Shown here: positions 18,988-29,057 of the stretch, piece after piece | Layout: each line of letters opens with the position of its first letter | Position numbering within the stretch: position 1 is the stretch's first letter | IMG/VR virus record: IMGVR_UViG_3300035502_000485 | Location: 1 to 64,000 of that record | DNA length: 64,000 nt | Reading direction: 5' to 3' (one strand) | DNA from: a virus | Lineage: Duplodnaviria; Caudoviricetes | Position numbers and translations under genes: made by a program | Notes under the pieces: generated by a model | Told to the model about the DNA's origin: nothing | The model's input: only the letters and a program-made list of their open reading frames with translations | The model's database searches: none

Positions 18988-20327
18988 CTCATATTGAACT
19001 TCAAATTATATCAAAGATATTAACTAGTGATTCTATAGAAGTAGTTAACACATTATGTAGTTTTGATGATTCATATTATTCTGTATTTAAACCACATATT
19101 CAATTTATTTTGAATCACCGTCAAAAATATGATGAAGTTCCTGACATATTTACTTTTCAAGCTGAATTTCCAGACATAACATTAGTTGATGTACAAGAAA
19201 ATCTTACATATTTAACAGAAGAGCTTAGTAAAAATAAACAACACATTATATTAATTGAAACATTCAATAAACTTAAAGACTTTAATTCAGGAGATGTTTC
19301 TGAAGCTTGGCAATATTTATCTAATCAATGTGATAAAGTTTCTCAATTAGATTCAACACAACCATTAGATATTGTTAAACAGAGTCAATTAAGAAGTAGT
19401 CAAATAATTGAATTCAGTCAACAATCAAGAATTCCAACAGGGTTTGATGAAATTGATAAATTAATGTACGGTGGATTATCTACTGTAGAAGAATTATTAA
19501 TTATTGTTGCTAGAACTAATACTGGTAAATCTTGGGTAGGTACAAAAATGATGGAATCTGCTCAAAAACATGGTTTTCCTGTGCTGTATTATTCTCCTGA
19601 AATGCAAGGTAGTTTTTTAGGTACAAGATTTGATACTTGGAGAGGTCACTTTGAGAATAATAAATTATATCAAGGTAATTATAATGAAGAATATCACGAA
19701 TATTTAAAATCATTATCTAAAGAAGAAACAAGTGCATTTATATTAGAAGATAAAGATGTATCAGACGGAACAGTCAATATTCATGTTTTGAACAATCTTG
19801 TTAAAAAACACAATATAAAATTATTGATTGTAGATGGTCTTTCATATATGGAGGACATTAATTCGGGTAAAGGTGCCAGAGATTATGAGAAATACAAGAA
19901 TTTATGTTCTGATTTATTTAAACTTAGTAAACAACACGGTTGTGCAGTTGTAGTAATGATGCAAGCCAATCGTGAATCTAAGGATAATAAAGATGATAAA
20001 GGTGAAGTATTTCCTAATATTTATAATATTGAGGGTTCTGACCATCCAGGTAGAATTGCAACTCAAGTATTTGCAATGCGTCAGATATTTGATAAACACG
20101 TACTTGATATTCGTCTAGAAAAATCTAGAATGGCCAATAATCAAAAACCTGAATTTTCATATTCATGGGATATAAATACAGGTAATATGCAGTATATACC
20201 TAATGATGAAGATAATCAAATTAATAATGTCATATCACCAGTGATTTCTAATAATTCAAATATGCCGGAAATTACAGCTCCTGTTGATATTGATTTAGAT
20301 GATTCTGATGATGATGTTGAATTCTAA
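18978..20327 (+). CDS. dnaB: Replicative DnaB-like (SF4) helicase
   Basis: IPTGFDEID...GGL, ARTNTGKS, SPEM, LLIVDGLSYM, QANR, LEKSR. Confidence 0.92.
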   Translation: MAVTHIELQIISKILTSDSIEVVNTLCSFDDSYYSVFKPHIQFILNHRQKYDEVPDIFTFQAEFPDITLVDVQENLTYLTEELSKNKQHIILIETFNKLKDFNSGDVSEAWQYLSNQCDKVSQLDSTQPLDIVKQSQLRSSQIIEFSQQSRIPTGFDEIDKLMYGGLSTVEELLIIVARTNTGKSWVGTKMMESAQKHGFPVLYYSPEMQGSFLGTRFDTWRGHFENNKLYQGNYNEEYHEYLKSLSKEETSAFILEDKDVSDGTVNIHVLNNLVKKHNIKLLIVDGLSYMEDINSGKGARDYEKYKNLCSDLFKLSKQHGCAVVVMMQANRESKDNKDDKGEVFPNIYNIEGSDHPGRIATQVFAMRQIFDKHVLDIRLEKSRMANNQKPEFSYSWDINTGNMQYIPNDEDNQINNVISPVISNNSNMPEITAPVDIDLDDSDDDVEF

Positions 20328-20343
20328 TATGTGAGGTAATCAT

Positions 20344-20784
20344 ATGAAAAAACATGTAGATATGTATACAGATGGTTCTTGTTTAAATAACCCAGGCCCT
20401 GGAGGATATGGTATCATACTTAAATATGGTGAGCATACTAAAGAGCTATCTGGTGGGTCACTTAATACAACTAATAATAGAATGGAGCTTATGGCTGTTA
20501 TTGAGGGGTTGAGTGCATTGAAACAACCTTGTTATGTATCTGTTTATACTGATTCGCAGTATGTTGTTAATGGAATTATTAAGGGTTGGGCTAAAAGTTG
20601 GAGATCTAATGGATGGCGAAAATCTAATGGTGATAAAGCATTAAATTCAGATCTATGGACTGTATTGCTTAATTTAACTGATAAACATGAATGTAAATTT
20701 ATTTGGTTAAAAGGTCATTCAGGTCATCCTGAAAATGAAAGATGTGATACATTAGCAAGAAACTATGCACTTAGTATAAAATAG
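20344..20784 (+). CDS. rnhA: Ribonuclease HI
   Basis: YTDGSCLNNPGPGG, TTNNRMEL, TDSQY, WLKGHSGHPENERCD. Confidence 0.97.
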   Translation: MKKHVDMYTDGSCLNNPGPGGYGIILKYGEHTKELSGGSLNTTNNRMELMAVIEGLSALKQPCYVSVYTDSQYVVNGIIKGWAKSWRSNGWRKSNGDKALNSDLWTVLLNLTDKHECKFIWLKGHSGHPENERCDTLARNYALSIK

Positions 20785-20815
20785 TTCATTTAATTGTTAA
20801 GGAGTATACAAAATA

Positions 20816-21811
20816 ATGGATGTAATTGAAATACTTGAAAAATTACAATCTGAAAATTTCATAAGATTAAATAAAATATCAAATGATTATTACCAAATTT
20901 ATTGTCCTATACATAACAATGGTAATGAACGAAAACCATCTTGTGGTATACTTCTTCATGATTTATACAAGAATGGAACTAGATATCCGGCCGGATGGTG
21001 TCATTGTTTTACTTGTGGATATTCAAAAACTTTACCAGAATTAATTACAGATTTACTCAAACAAAAACATATATCTAAAAATGGACTCGATTGGCTTAAA
21101 GAAAATGTTGAAGGCTTTGAGGAAGATAATTTTGAAATTAAATCGTTAATTCCAGATAGCACTATAGCAAATTTGAATGAAAAATTTGCAGTAGACTACA
21201 TTAATTCAATAACAAGACGAATTCAACCTACATATGTTTCAGAAGATGAATTGAAACAATATAGATTTACGGTTGATTACATGTATGAGCGTAAACTAAC
21301 TGATGAAATTATTGAAAAATTTGATGTTGGATTTGATGCTAAATTTGTACCTAGAGGAAGAAAAAATGCTGTACCTAGTATAACATTTCCAGTCAGAGAC
21401 AAACAAGGTAATACATTATTCATAGTTAGAAGGTCTATCCAAGGTAAGTTTTTTAGTATGCCATTAGATGTTACTAAGCCTGTATATGGATTGTATGAAT
21501 TACCTGATAATTGTAAATCTGTAATTGTATGTGAAAGTTGTTTTAATGCTCTTACTTGTTGGGTGTATGGTAAACCTGCAGTAGCATTATTAGGAACAGG
21601 TGATCCATATCAAATCAATCAACTCAAACAATTAGGTGTAAATGAATTTATACTTGCATTAGATCCTGATGACGCAGGTATAAAGGGTACAAAACGATTA
21701 AAGCGAGCTCTTGGTAGCAATGCTATATGTTGGGAAATTGAAGGAATACCAGAAGGTAAAGATATAAATGATTTAACACTTGAAGAATTTAATAATTTAG
21801 ATCTAGTATGA
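20816..21811 (+). CDS. dnaG: DNA primase (CHC2 zinc finger + TOPRIM)
   Basis: CPIH...HCFTCG; VIVCES; LALDPDDAG; KDIND. Confidence 0.9.
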   Translation: MDVIEILEKLQSENFIRLNKISNDYYQIYCPIHNNGNERKPSCGILLHDLYKNGTRYPAGWCHCFTCGYSKTLPELITDLLKQKHISKNGLDWLKENVEGFEEDNFEIKSLIPDSTIANLNEKFAVDYINSITRRIQPTYVSEDELKQYRFTVDYMYERKLTDEIIEKFDVGFDAKFVPRGRKNAVPSITFPVRDKQGNTLFIVRRSIQGKFFSMPLDVTKPVYGLYELPDNCKSVIVCESCFNALTCWVYGKPAVALLGTGDPYQINQLKQLGVNEFILALDPDDAGIKGTKRLKRALGSNAICWEIEGIPEGKDINDLTLEEFNNLDLV

Positions 21812-21827
21812 TAATGGAGTTATAAAT

Positions 21828-22160
21828 ATGATTAATAAATTAGTGAATGTACTGGGTACACAATATGAAGTAATTATCAAAGATAATTCAGAATATGATG
21901 CTAAACTAGTATCTATGGATGGATATTGTGATACTTCTATTAAACAATGTGTAATTAGTGAAGTTCAAGAAAATGATATGTCAAAATCTAATCTAATTAG
22001 TTATCAAGATCAATTGATACGACACGAGTTAATTCATGCATTTCTATATGAATGTGGATTAGATAATTGTAGTTGGGCTGATAATGAAGAATTAGTAGAT
22101 TGGTTAGCAATTCAGTTTCCAAAATTAGCCAGGATATTTACTGAATTAAATTGTATGTAA
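21828..22160 (+). CDS. HExxH metallopeptidase-like phage protein
   Basis: LIRHELIHAFLYECGL...NEELVDWLAIQFPK. Confidence 0.75.
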   Translation: MINKLVNVLGTQYEVIIKDNSEYDAKLVSMDGYCDTSIKQCVISEVQENDMSKSNLISYQDQLIRHELIHAFLYECGLDNCSWADNEELVDWLAIQFPKLARIFTELNCM

Positions 22161-22227
22161 TTATATTTTTGAAAATTATTTAATATAATATATTATAACC
22201 TTCAATATATTAGGGTGTGAATAAAAT

Positions 22228-22536
22228 ATGTATGATATTGAAAGTTATCATAAGTATCATTTAGATGAATATGGTACTACTTATGAAGAAATTAAAAGGA
22301 TACAATTTCTTAAGAATCAATGTCAAGAAATAATCAATTATTTCTTGAATGAAAAAGGTAGTATTCGTCAATGTGAAAAAGAAACATTAATACCTAAAAG
22401 TACAATTCATAGAATCATTCATACATATATTAAATTCAATTATGATGAAGAATATAAACAAATCGTTATTATTCTTAGATACAATAAATCAAATAGATGT
22501 AAATCTAGAAAATATTGGACAGGACGGGCATTCTAA
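22228..22536 (+). CDS. SpoIIID-like HTH transcription regulator
   Basis: EIINYFLNEKGSIRQCEKETLIPKSTIHR...ILRYNKSNR parallels the SpoIIID pattern (I..YI......VR..A..FG.SKSTVH...L..NK..R). Confidence 0.7.
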   Translation: MYDIESYHKYHLDEYGTTYEEIKRIQFLKNQCQEIINYFLNEKGSIRQCEKETLIPKSTIHRIIHTYIKFNYDEEYKQIVIILRYNKSNRCKSRKYWTGRAF

Positions 22537-22760
22537 TGCGTTACATTGAAATATTAGGTATCATTGCTACAATTTTAATATTAATATCTTTTGCATCTTC
22601 CAATAAATTAGTAATTAGGACAGTCAATAGTATCGGCAGTGTATTATTTGTTATATATGGTATAGCAATAGGTGCTACCAGTGTATGGTTATTGAACGGA
22701 TTATGTATAATATTAAATATTTATAAAATATATAAGGAGACAAATACAGATGGCAGATAG
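22536..22760 (+). CDS. Small membrane protein (YgjV-like)
   Basis: IEILGIIATILILISF...IRTVNSIGSVLFVIYG...LLN. Confidence 0.7.
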   Translation: MRYIEILGIIATILILISFASSNKLVIRTVNSIGSVLFVIYGIAIGATSVWLLNGLCIILNIYKIYKETNTDGR

Positions 22761-23937
22761 AGCGTGGATGTTACGACAAGATGGAAAAGCATTTCCATTA
22801 ATACATCATCTATATACAATGCAAGATGAAGATTTAAGTTCAGAAGCTGAAGTTGCAGCATTTTTAGTTAGTACAAAATCTAAAGATCAAGATTTAGCAA
22901 AATATGTTTTAGATTCTTGGATGGCATTGTTACTTGAAGATGTTGTATCTTTTAATGATACTCCAGAAGATATCATAGATAAATTGATTAATCAATTAAA
23001 CAATTTACCTTATAAATTTTTATATCCTATAAGTGTTGAGAAATTATTAAATATTCATACTGCACAAAGTAATTTTGATGATTTTGATACATTATACGAT
23101 TTTATTGATGAAATAAATATTAAATTAAATGAAATTCAATCTGAAATTAAATATTCAATCAATCAACAATTTTGTAGAGTTAGATTTGGTGGTCAATACA
23201 ACAGTGCTGCTACAAACAATGAAATTTGGTTTAGAATTAGCAGTACATGTTATAATTGGGCAAATACTATCTATACATTTACTACAGAAAATAAGCGTAA
23301 GCTTAAAATTGATAATGTTACAATTTGTAGAGATTATGAATCTGACTATGGAGATGTAGACGGTAACCCTGAATATTTTTATACTGCAAAAGACGGCACA
23401 CCATATCTTCATATGCCTATTGAAGAATACTTAGTTGAAGAGCACGAGCATAATCCTGTATTTTCTACAACAAATCTGAATAGAGGTGTACTTGCTACCA
23501 TTAAGAATAATTTAAGAGCAGGCGATACTTGGTATAATATAATGTCTGCATTAGATGTATCTAATGTTAGATTAAATTATGAATTACATCCTAAATTGGT
23601 TAGACAAGAAAAGAATAATTGTATTGTAGGTTCAGAATATTTAGATTCGCTTGCCACTAGATCTAGAATGAGAATGGAACGAATTATTCGTTCTATTAAA
23701 GCTGTATATCCTGAGATTACAGATGTTGATATTGAAAACAGTTTTTCTCATGAAAATACTAAAGGTAAAAATGTTGGTAGCGAATTGATTTTCAAAATTT
23801 ATTCAGAAAATCCAAAGATCAATGAATTAGAAATGAATGTAGTTATAACTAAGGATATTGGTCAAACAGATGTTGGAACTATATTCCGAAAATTTAGAAA
23901 AGAATATGAAGAATATAAGCAATTTATGGAGATATAA
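22750..23937 (+). CDS. Hypothetical protein
   Basis: 395-aa ORF, AAGGAG RBS. Confidence 0.7.
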   Translation: MADRAWMLRQDGKAFPLIHHLYTMQDEDLSSEAEVAAFLVSTKSKDQDLAKYVLDSWMALLLEDVVSFNDTPEDIIDKLINQLNNLPYKFLYPISVEKLLNIHTAQSNFDDFDTLYDFIDEINIKLNEIQSEIKYSINQQFCRVRFGGQYNSAATNNEIWFRISSTCYNWANTIYTFTTENKRKLKIDNVTICRDYESDYGDVDGNPEYFYTAKDGTPYLHMPIEEYLVEEHEHNPVFSTTNLNRGVLATIKNNLRAGDTWYNIMSALDVSNVRLNYELHPKLVRQEKNNCIVGSEYLDSLATRSRMRMERIIRSIKAVYPEITDVDIENSFSHENTKGKNVGSELIFKIYSENPKINELEMNVVITKDIGQTDVGTIFRKFRKEYEEYKQFMEI

Positions 23938-23945
23938 CGCCAAAT

Positions 23946-24006
23946 ATTAATAAACTATTAATGAACAATTTCGGGTATTGACTTTTTTAGACAAATCGTA
24001 TATAAT
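23946..24006 (+). promoter_or_regulatory. SigmaA promoter with upstream ATTAATAAACTATTAAT box
   Basis: Box 23946-23962; TTGACT 23978-23983, 17 nt, TATAAT 24001-24006. Confidence 0.85.
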
Positions 24007-24099
24007 ATAGCTGTAGGTTAAATCAATATTATTTATAGCTTACATTTCAAAATAGATCAAATCATATCAAGAAGTATCAAAGTAAAGGAAGTAAAGATT

Positions 24100-25014
24100 A
24101 TGTCTAACCAATTCAAAACTACCTATAGGTATCTTAAAACTGCAACCCATTATACTAAACCCTTATCTTATGATGAATGGCTCAACATAGCTGATGATCT
24201 TAAGGTTGGGGTTTTATTTGTGCAATTTTATGAACAAATCAGTCTTGCTTGGTACAAATTAAGAACAGCAGCTGCTGTTGAGGAAGAATGTGTTAGCGAA
24301 GTATTAGCTTATCTAACAAAGAATGTATATGGTACAGGAATACAAAAATTACATTCTACTAATTTAAAAAATGCTAGATCATTATATAAAGATGAAATTA
24401 AGTCTATTCATCTCCAACGAGCTGAGCAATTTCATGCTTATGATATAAAAAAGTTAGAAGTTATGAAAGGAAGACCACTTACAATCAATCAAAAAATTGA
24501 ATTACTTAGTCCTCAAGAACGATTAACAGATGATGAAATCATAGGTATGCTTAAGGACAATGAAAAACTTGAGCTAAAATTTGACCCCGAAACTACAAAG
24601 ATAACAAAACAACGATTTAGACCTGCATATATTTATCAAGTTGCATCTAATTGTTTGTATTGTAAGAGCATTGATCCATATAGTGGTCAAGCTAAGAAAA
24701 CATCTTGGTACAATAATGTAACTAGTAATATAATTGTATTAGATTATGGGTCTGAGGATGAAATTGATATATTTGATACAACTTCATGTCCGACAAATCT
24801 TGAAGATGATTATGAGTATACTACATGTAATGATAAATTTTGGAAATTAATTGAGGATACTAATAAGGATACTAAATCAGTTATAAACCACATTTTAAAT
24901 GGTGATATACTAGATTCAGAAATAGAAGATAAATATGATATTATACTTAAAGATTTAAGATCTATGATTGAAAGTCGTCTTACACCGGATGAAATCATAA
25001 CATTATTGTCATAA
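24100..25014 (+). CDS. Possible divergent ECF-like sigma factor with insertion in region 2
   Basis: LFVQFYEQISLAWYK...EEECVSEVLAYLTKN [insert] FRPAYIYQVASNCLY resembles ECF sigma region 2. Confidence 0.45.
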   Translation: MSNQFKTTYRYLKTATHYTKPLSYDEWLNIADDLKVGVLFVQFYEQISLAWYKLRTAAAVEEECVSEVLAYLTKNVYGTGIQKLHSTNLKNARSLYKDEIKSIHLQRAEQFHAYDIKKLEVMKGRPLTINQKIELLSPQERLTDDEIIGMLKDNEKLELKFDPETTKITKQRFRPAYIYQVASNCLYCKSIDPYSGQAKKTSWYNNVTSNIIVLDYGSEDEIDIFDTTSCPTNLEDDYEYTTCNDKFWKLIEDTNKDTKSVINHILNGDILDSEIEDKYDIILKDLRSMIESRLTPDEIITLLS

Positions 25015-25063
25015 CATACAAATCGTTAATACATATGTAGACATTTTAGGAAGGAGTAATAAT

Positions 25064-25294
25064 ATGAACGATATTAGACGAGATAAGATAGCAGATTTAT
25101 GCAAAAAATTAGAATCTATTCAAGAGGAAATCGGTAGTATTCAAAATGAAGAACAGGAATGTTTAGACAATATGCCTGAGAATCTTCAATCTTCCGAAAG
25201 GTGTGAAGAAATGGCAAATGCTGTAGATGAAATGGATATGGCTATAGATTCTATAGAAGAGGCATTGATTGATCTACAATCAATTATAGAATAA
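25064..25294 (+). CDS. Small coiled-coil phage protein
   Basis: MNDIRR...[18 protein letters not shown] motif. Confidence 0.75.
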   Translation: MNDIRRDKIADLCKKLESIQEEIGSIQNEEQECLDNMPENLQSSERCEEMANAVDEMDMAIDSIEEALIDLQSIIE

Positions 25295-25314
25295 TTACAT
25301 ACTTGGAGGTACAT

Positions 25315-25977
25315 ATGAATAATAAAAAATTAACAGTAAAACAATCTGGTAAACCTTCTGAAAAAGTAAATTACGATTCACCTATTTCAGACAGAGATTT
25401 TGATTGTTGTGATCATACACAATATCAAGTAGCCACTGCAATTGCAGATTTACTAATAGCATTGGGTGCAGATCTAAATTCAGAAGGTTTAAAAGAAACA
25501 CCTCATCGTGCTGCAAGATATTGGATTGAGCTTACAGAAGGTATGCGATATACAAATGAAGAAATTGCAAATATGTTTAACAAGTGTTTTGAAGCTCCAT
25601 CAGATGCAATGGTAGTTGAAAAAGATATTGATATATTTTCACATTGTGAGCATCACCTGGCTTTGATGTATGATATGAAAGTAGCAATTGCTTATATACC
25701 TAATAAGAAAGTAATTGGTTTATCAAAACTTGCTAGAATTTCAGAAATGTGTGCAAAGAGATTGCAACTTCAAGAACGAATTGTATCTGATATCTATGAG
25801 GTACTTCGTATCATACTTGATACAGATGACATCTATATTCGTATTGAAGGTAAACATGGATGTATGACTGCACGAGGTATTAAGTCTACAAATGCTAATA
25901 CTGTATGTCAAGGTATTCATGGCAGATTTGAATCTGAACCGGAACTTAGAGCTGAAGCAATTGCACTTATGAAATAA
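25315..25977 (+). CDS. folE: GTP cyclohydrolase I
   Basis: [39 protein letters not shown]. Confidence 0.96.
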   Translation: MNNKKLTVKQSGKPSEKVNYDSPISDRDFDCCDHTQYQVATAIADLLIALGADLNSEGLKETPHRAARYWIELTEGMRYTNEEIANMFNKCFEAPSDAMVVEKDIDIFSHCEHHLALMYDMKVAIAYIPNKKVIGLSKLARISEMCAKRLQLQERIVSDIYEVLRIILDTDDIYIRIEGKHGCMTARGIKSTNANTVCQGIHGRFESEPELRAEAIALMK

Positions 25978-26003
25978 ATTCACGTAAGGAGGTCAAAAAA
26001 AAT

Positions 26004-26147
26004 ATGCCAAGTAATATTAAATTTGAATTCACACCAGAACAACAAACAGCAGTAGCTGAATATTTAGGTAAATCGTTATCTAATTTGGAAGATTATCAAA
26101 TTTGTGAACTTCTAGATGAATTCATTGACGAAGTTTGTTTTGGTTGA
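26004..26147 (+). CDS. Small hypothetical protein (47 aa)
   Basis: TAAGGAGG RBS; MPSNIKFEFTPEQQTAVAEYLG... Confidence 0.65.
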   Translation: MPSNIKFEFTPEQQTAVAEYLGKSLSNLEDYQICELLDEFIDEVCFG

Positions 26148-26174
26148 TGTAAATATGAATAGGAGGTTAACATA

Positions 26175-26618
26175 ATGCGAGTAACTCGACACGAAGAATT
26201 TGAAGCAGCTCATATACTTACTGGGTATGATGGTGGATGTGGTAATCTTCATGGTCATAGCTATAAAATTGAGGTAACATTTGAAGGTCAGCAAGATGCA
26301 TCTAATTATGGATTTGTAGCAGATTTCAATATATTAAAACAAATAATAAAAGATGTGTTACCTGATCACAAGATGATGTTTGATAATTCTAATCTTGGTA
26401 TCAATACACCAGAAGATGGAATCATAAATGTATTAGATGCATTTAATCTTTCTTATGTAGTTTATCAATTTGCACCATCGGCTGAAAATCTTGTAGCTTA
26501 TTTTGCCGAAGAAATACAACACAGAATTAGTAAATGTCCTGAACTTGAAAACATAAGGGTAGTAGAAGTTAAACTTTGGGAAACTACAAATTCATATGCT
26601 ACATGGAAATTAAACTAA
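26175..26618 (+). CDS. queD: 6-carboxytetrahydropterin synthase
   Basis: FEAAH, CGNLHGHSY, PSAENL, VKLWET. Confidence 0.95.
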   Translation: MRVTRHEEFEAAHILTGYDGGCGNLHGHSYKIEVTFEGQQDASNYGFVADFNILKQIIKDVLPDHKMMFDNSNLGINTPEDGIINVLDAFNLSYVVYQFAPSAENLVAYFAEEIQHRISKCPELENIRVVEVKLWETTNSYATWKLN

Positions 26619-26674
26619 TCTATAATAAATCGTTATAGTATGTAATATTAAATCAAAACTAGGAGGTTTTAATA

Positions 26675-27385
26675 ATGGCTTTTAAGTCAGTCAAAGACTA
26701 CAATGAAGAACGATATGGAGGACTATTTATTCTCCGTAATGACCTAGATTATGCTGATGTTATATTTTTATATCAGTCTGATCAAGATGTATTAGTCGCT
26801 GATACACATTATATTAAATCTGATGCATATTCAGGTTATGTACATTGTACTCAGCAGGGTTGTCCAGCTTGTGCAAAGGGCATTCGAACACAAACTAAAC
26901 TTTTCATCCCAATATATAACATCAAAGATGATGAAATTCAATTTTTTGATCGCTCAATGAAATTTGAACCTCAGCTTCAACAATCAGTATTTGCAAATTA
27001 TCCTAATCCATCAGAATATGTATTTAGAATTACTCGTCATGGTGATGCAGGTGATATGAATACTCGTTATGCTATTCAAGCAATTGGAAAGAATTCAGTA
27101 GCAAGCTACAATGAGATTCTTGCTAAATTCAATGCAACTATGCCAGAGTATTATAATACAATCTGTCGTGATGTAGATAATGCTACATTATCTCATTGGG
27201 TAAATTCGTCTAATAGTGGTTCAAATTCTATAAATGGTGAAATGCCTAATTATACAGTTAAACCTCGCGTAGAATCTGCAGCACCTGTAACTGCTCCACC
27301 AGCTGTAACGCCGCCGACAAGCTCATTAGACATTGTTGAAGATGCAGAAGAACTTGATGAAGATGATGCCGTAGATTTTAGTTAA
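26675..27385 (+). CDS. Single-stranded DNA-binding protein (gp32-like)
   Basis: H...HC..CPAC zinc ligands, FRITRHG..G...TRY, acidic C-terminal tail; upstream of polymerase. Confidence 0.75.
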   Translation: MAFKSVKDYNEERYGGLFILRNDLDYADVIFLYQSDQDVLVADTHYIKSDAYSGYVHCTQQGCPACAKGIRTQTKLFIPIYNIKDDEIQFFDRSMKFEPQLQQSVFANYPNPSEYVFRITRHGDAGDMNTRYAIQAIGKNSVASYNEILAKFNATMPEYYNTICRDVDNATLSHWVNSSNSGSNSINGEMPNYTVKPRVESAAPVTAPPAVTPPTSSLDIVEDAEELDEDDAVDFS

Positions 27386-27473
27386 TCTTCATATTATCAT
27401 TGACTCCATAACATATTTCAATTTGAAATTGAGGGTGTTATGGAGTTTATTATATAAGGAAAGGAGTAGATAT

Positions 27474-29057
27474 ATGGGATTTGGTAAAATATTAAGTCAA
27501 GCTGATATGGCTACAATTAATGCAAATGCTCAAAAAAGTAAAGAAACATTGAAACCACCAGAAGCTATAAATACACGAAAATTAACTCGTGAAATTGAAG
27601 AAGCATCTAAAAATGTTAAAGAATACTTCAAAGACTCAAATGCTATACTCATACAATCTGTTGATGAATTACATGATTATGTAACTAAATTGATTGAATC
27701 TGGTTACGGTGGTATAGATACAGAGACTACTGGTCTTGATAGAATAAATGATATAATTGTAGGTTCTAGTTTATACTATCCTGGTGGTGTAGATTGCTAC
27801 ATACCTAATAAACATATACAACCTGCAGTCGATGCACCTTATAGTAATCAACTTACTTATGAAGAAGTAGGTAAAGAATTACAGAGAATTGCAGATAGCG
27901 ATACAAAATTAATATTTGCAAATGCAGATTTCGACTTGGCGATGATATATAAAGACTACAAAGTAGATTTATGTGATAATTGTTATTATGATGTTATTTT
28001 AGCTTGGCGTTGTATTAAAGAGAATGAACCTAATAATCAGTTGAAAACATTATATAACAAATATGTTCTCAAAGGTAAGGGCGATCCTAAAAAGTTTACA
28101 GATTTTTTCTCGCCAAAAATGTTTCCATACTGCAATCCTAATATTGCAAAATTATATGCTGCAAATGACGCAAAAATTACATATGAGTTATTTTGTTGGC
28201 AATTACCTTATCTTATGCCTGATAATCCAAAGTGTAAAAAACACAACTTTGAGAATATTGCAAATCTAGTTTGGAATATTGAATTTCCGCTTATCAAAAT
28301 ATGTCAAGAAATGCATAGAAATGGTGTATATCTTGAAAAATCTATATCTGATAGATTACATATAAAATATTCATTAGAATATAATGCTGAAATGGCTAAA
28401 CTTCAAGATATGATACAGGCAATATTAGACGATCCAAAATATCATTCTAATGCTAAACGACCATTCATGAGTGGTGCAGATTTCAATCCAAAATCAACAA
28501 CACATGTAAGTTATTTATTATATTCATTGATGAAAATTTCAACAAATAGTAAAGATGGTAAACAAGGTACAGGCAAAGAATTGCTTGCACAACTTAATTT
28601 ACCAGTAACTAATCAAATATTGAAAGTAAGAAGTTTAAATGTATTGATTAGTACATTTGTTGAGAAGTTACCTAATGCAACGTCAACTGATAGTAGAATA
28701 CATTGTAGATTTAATCAAGTAGGGGCAGCAACTGGTAGATTATCTTCAGCTGATCCAAATATGCAAAATATTCCTTCTAAAGCAAAAGATATCAGACGAA
28801 TGTTTAGGGCTACACCTTCGACTAATCAGTTATTAGAATGTACATATGATGATGACATAAACAAATTAGTTATGAGTTTAGATAGATTATATAAAGTGAC
28901 TACACCTAACGGTCAAACATATGTAAAAGATTTGATTGTAGGTGATGATGTACAATTTTTGAATGATAATAAGGAGGAAAGATATTTATATGTTAAATCA
29001 ATTGAAACTTCCAGTGACAACGCCAGCTTATGTGATGTTGTCTTCGGACTACAGTAA
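27474..29057 (+). CDS. polA: DNA polymerase family A, N-terminal part (3'-5' exonuclease, thumb) with non-polymerase C-terminal extension
   Basis: IDTETTGL, NADFD, YAANDA, TGRLSSADPNMQNIP, IRRMFRATP; motif A is not in this frame. Confidence 0.92.
   Translation: MGFGKILSQADMATINANAQKSKETLKPPEAINTRKLTREIEEASKNVKEYFKDSNAILIQSVDELHDYVTKLIESGYGGIDTETTGLDRINDIIVGSSLYYPGGVDCYIPNKHIQPAVDAPYSNQLTYEEVGKELQRIADSDTKLIFANADFDLAMIYKDYKVDLCDNCYYDVILAWRCIKENEPNNQLKTLYNKYVLKGKGDPKKFTDFFSPKMFPYCNPNIAKLYAANDAKITYELFCWQLPYLMPDNPKCKKHNFENIANLVWNIEFPLIKICQEMHRNGVYLEKSISDRLHIKYSLEYNAEMAKLQDMIQAILDDPKYHSNAKRPFMSGADFNPKSTTHVSYLLYSLMKISTNSKDGKQGTGKELLAQLNLPVTNQILKVRSLNVLISTFVEKLPNATSTDSRIHCRFNQVGAATGRLSSADPNMQNIPSKAKDIRRMFRATPSTNQLLECTYDDDINKLVMSLDRLYKVTTPNGQTYVKDLIVGDDVQFLNDNKEERYLYVKSIETSSDNASLCDVVFGLQ
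28990..29055 (+). CDS. polA: Polymerase C-terminal part, exon 1 (MLNQLKLPVTTPAYVMLSSDYS), +1 frame relative to N-terminal part
   Basis: AAGGAGG at 28971-28977, ATG 28990; carries first half of motif A, joined by splicing to AQEPR. Confidence 0.75.

Noticed and set aside
28818-29057. Functional intein in polA
   Set aside because: Only a block-A-like segment; no C-terminal HN followed by C/S/T in either frame
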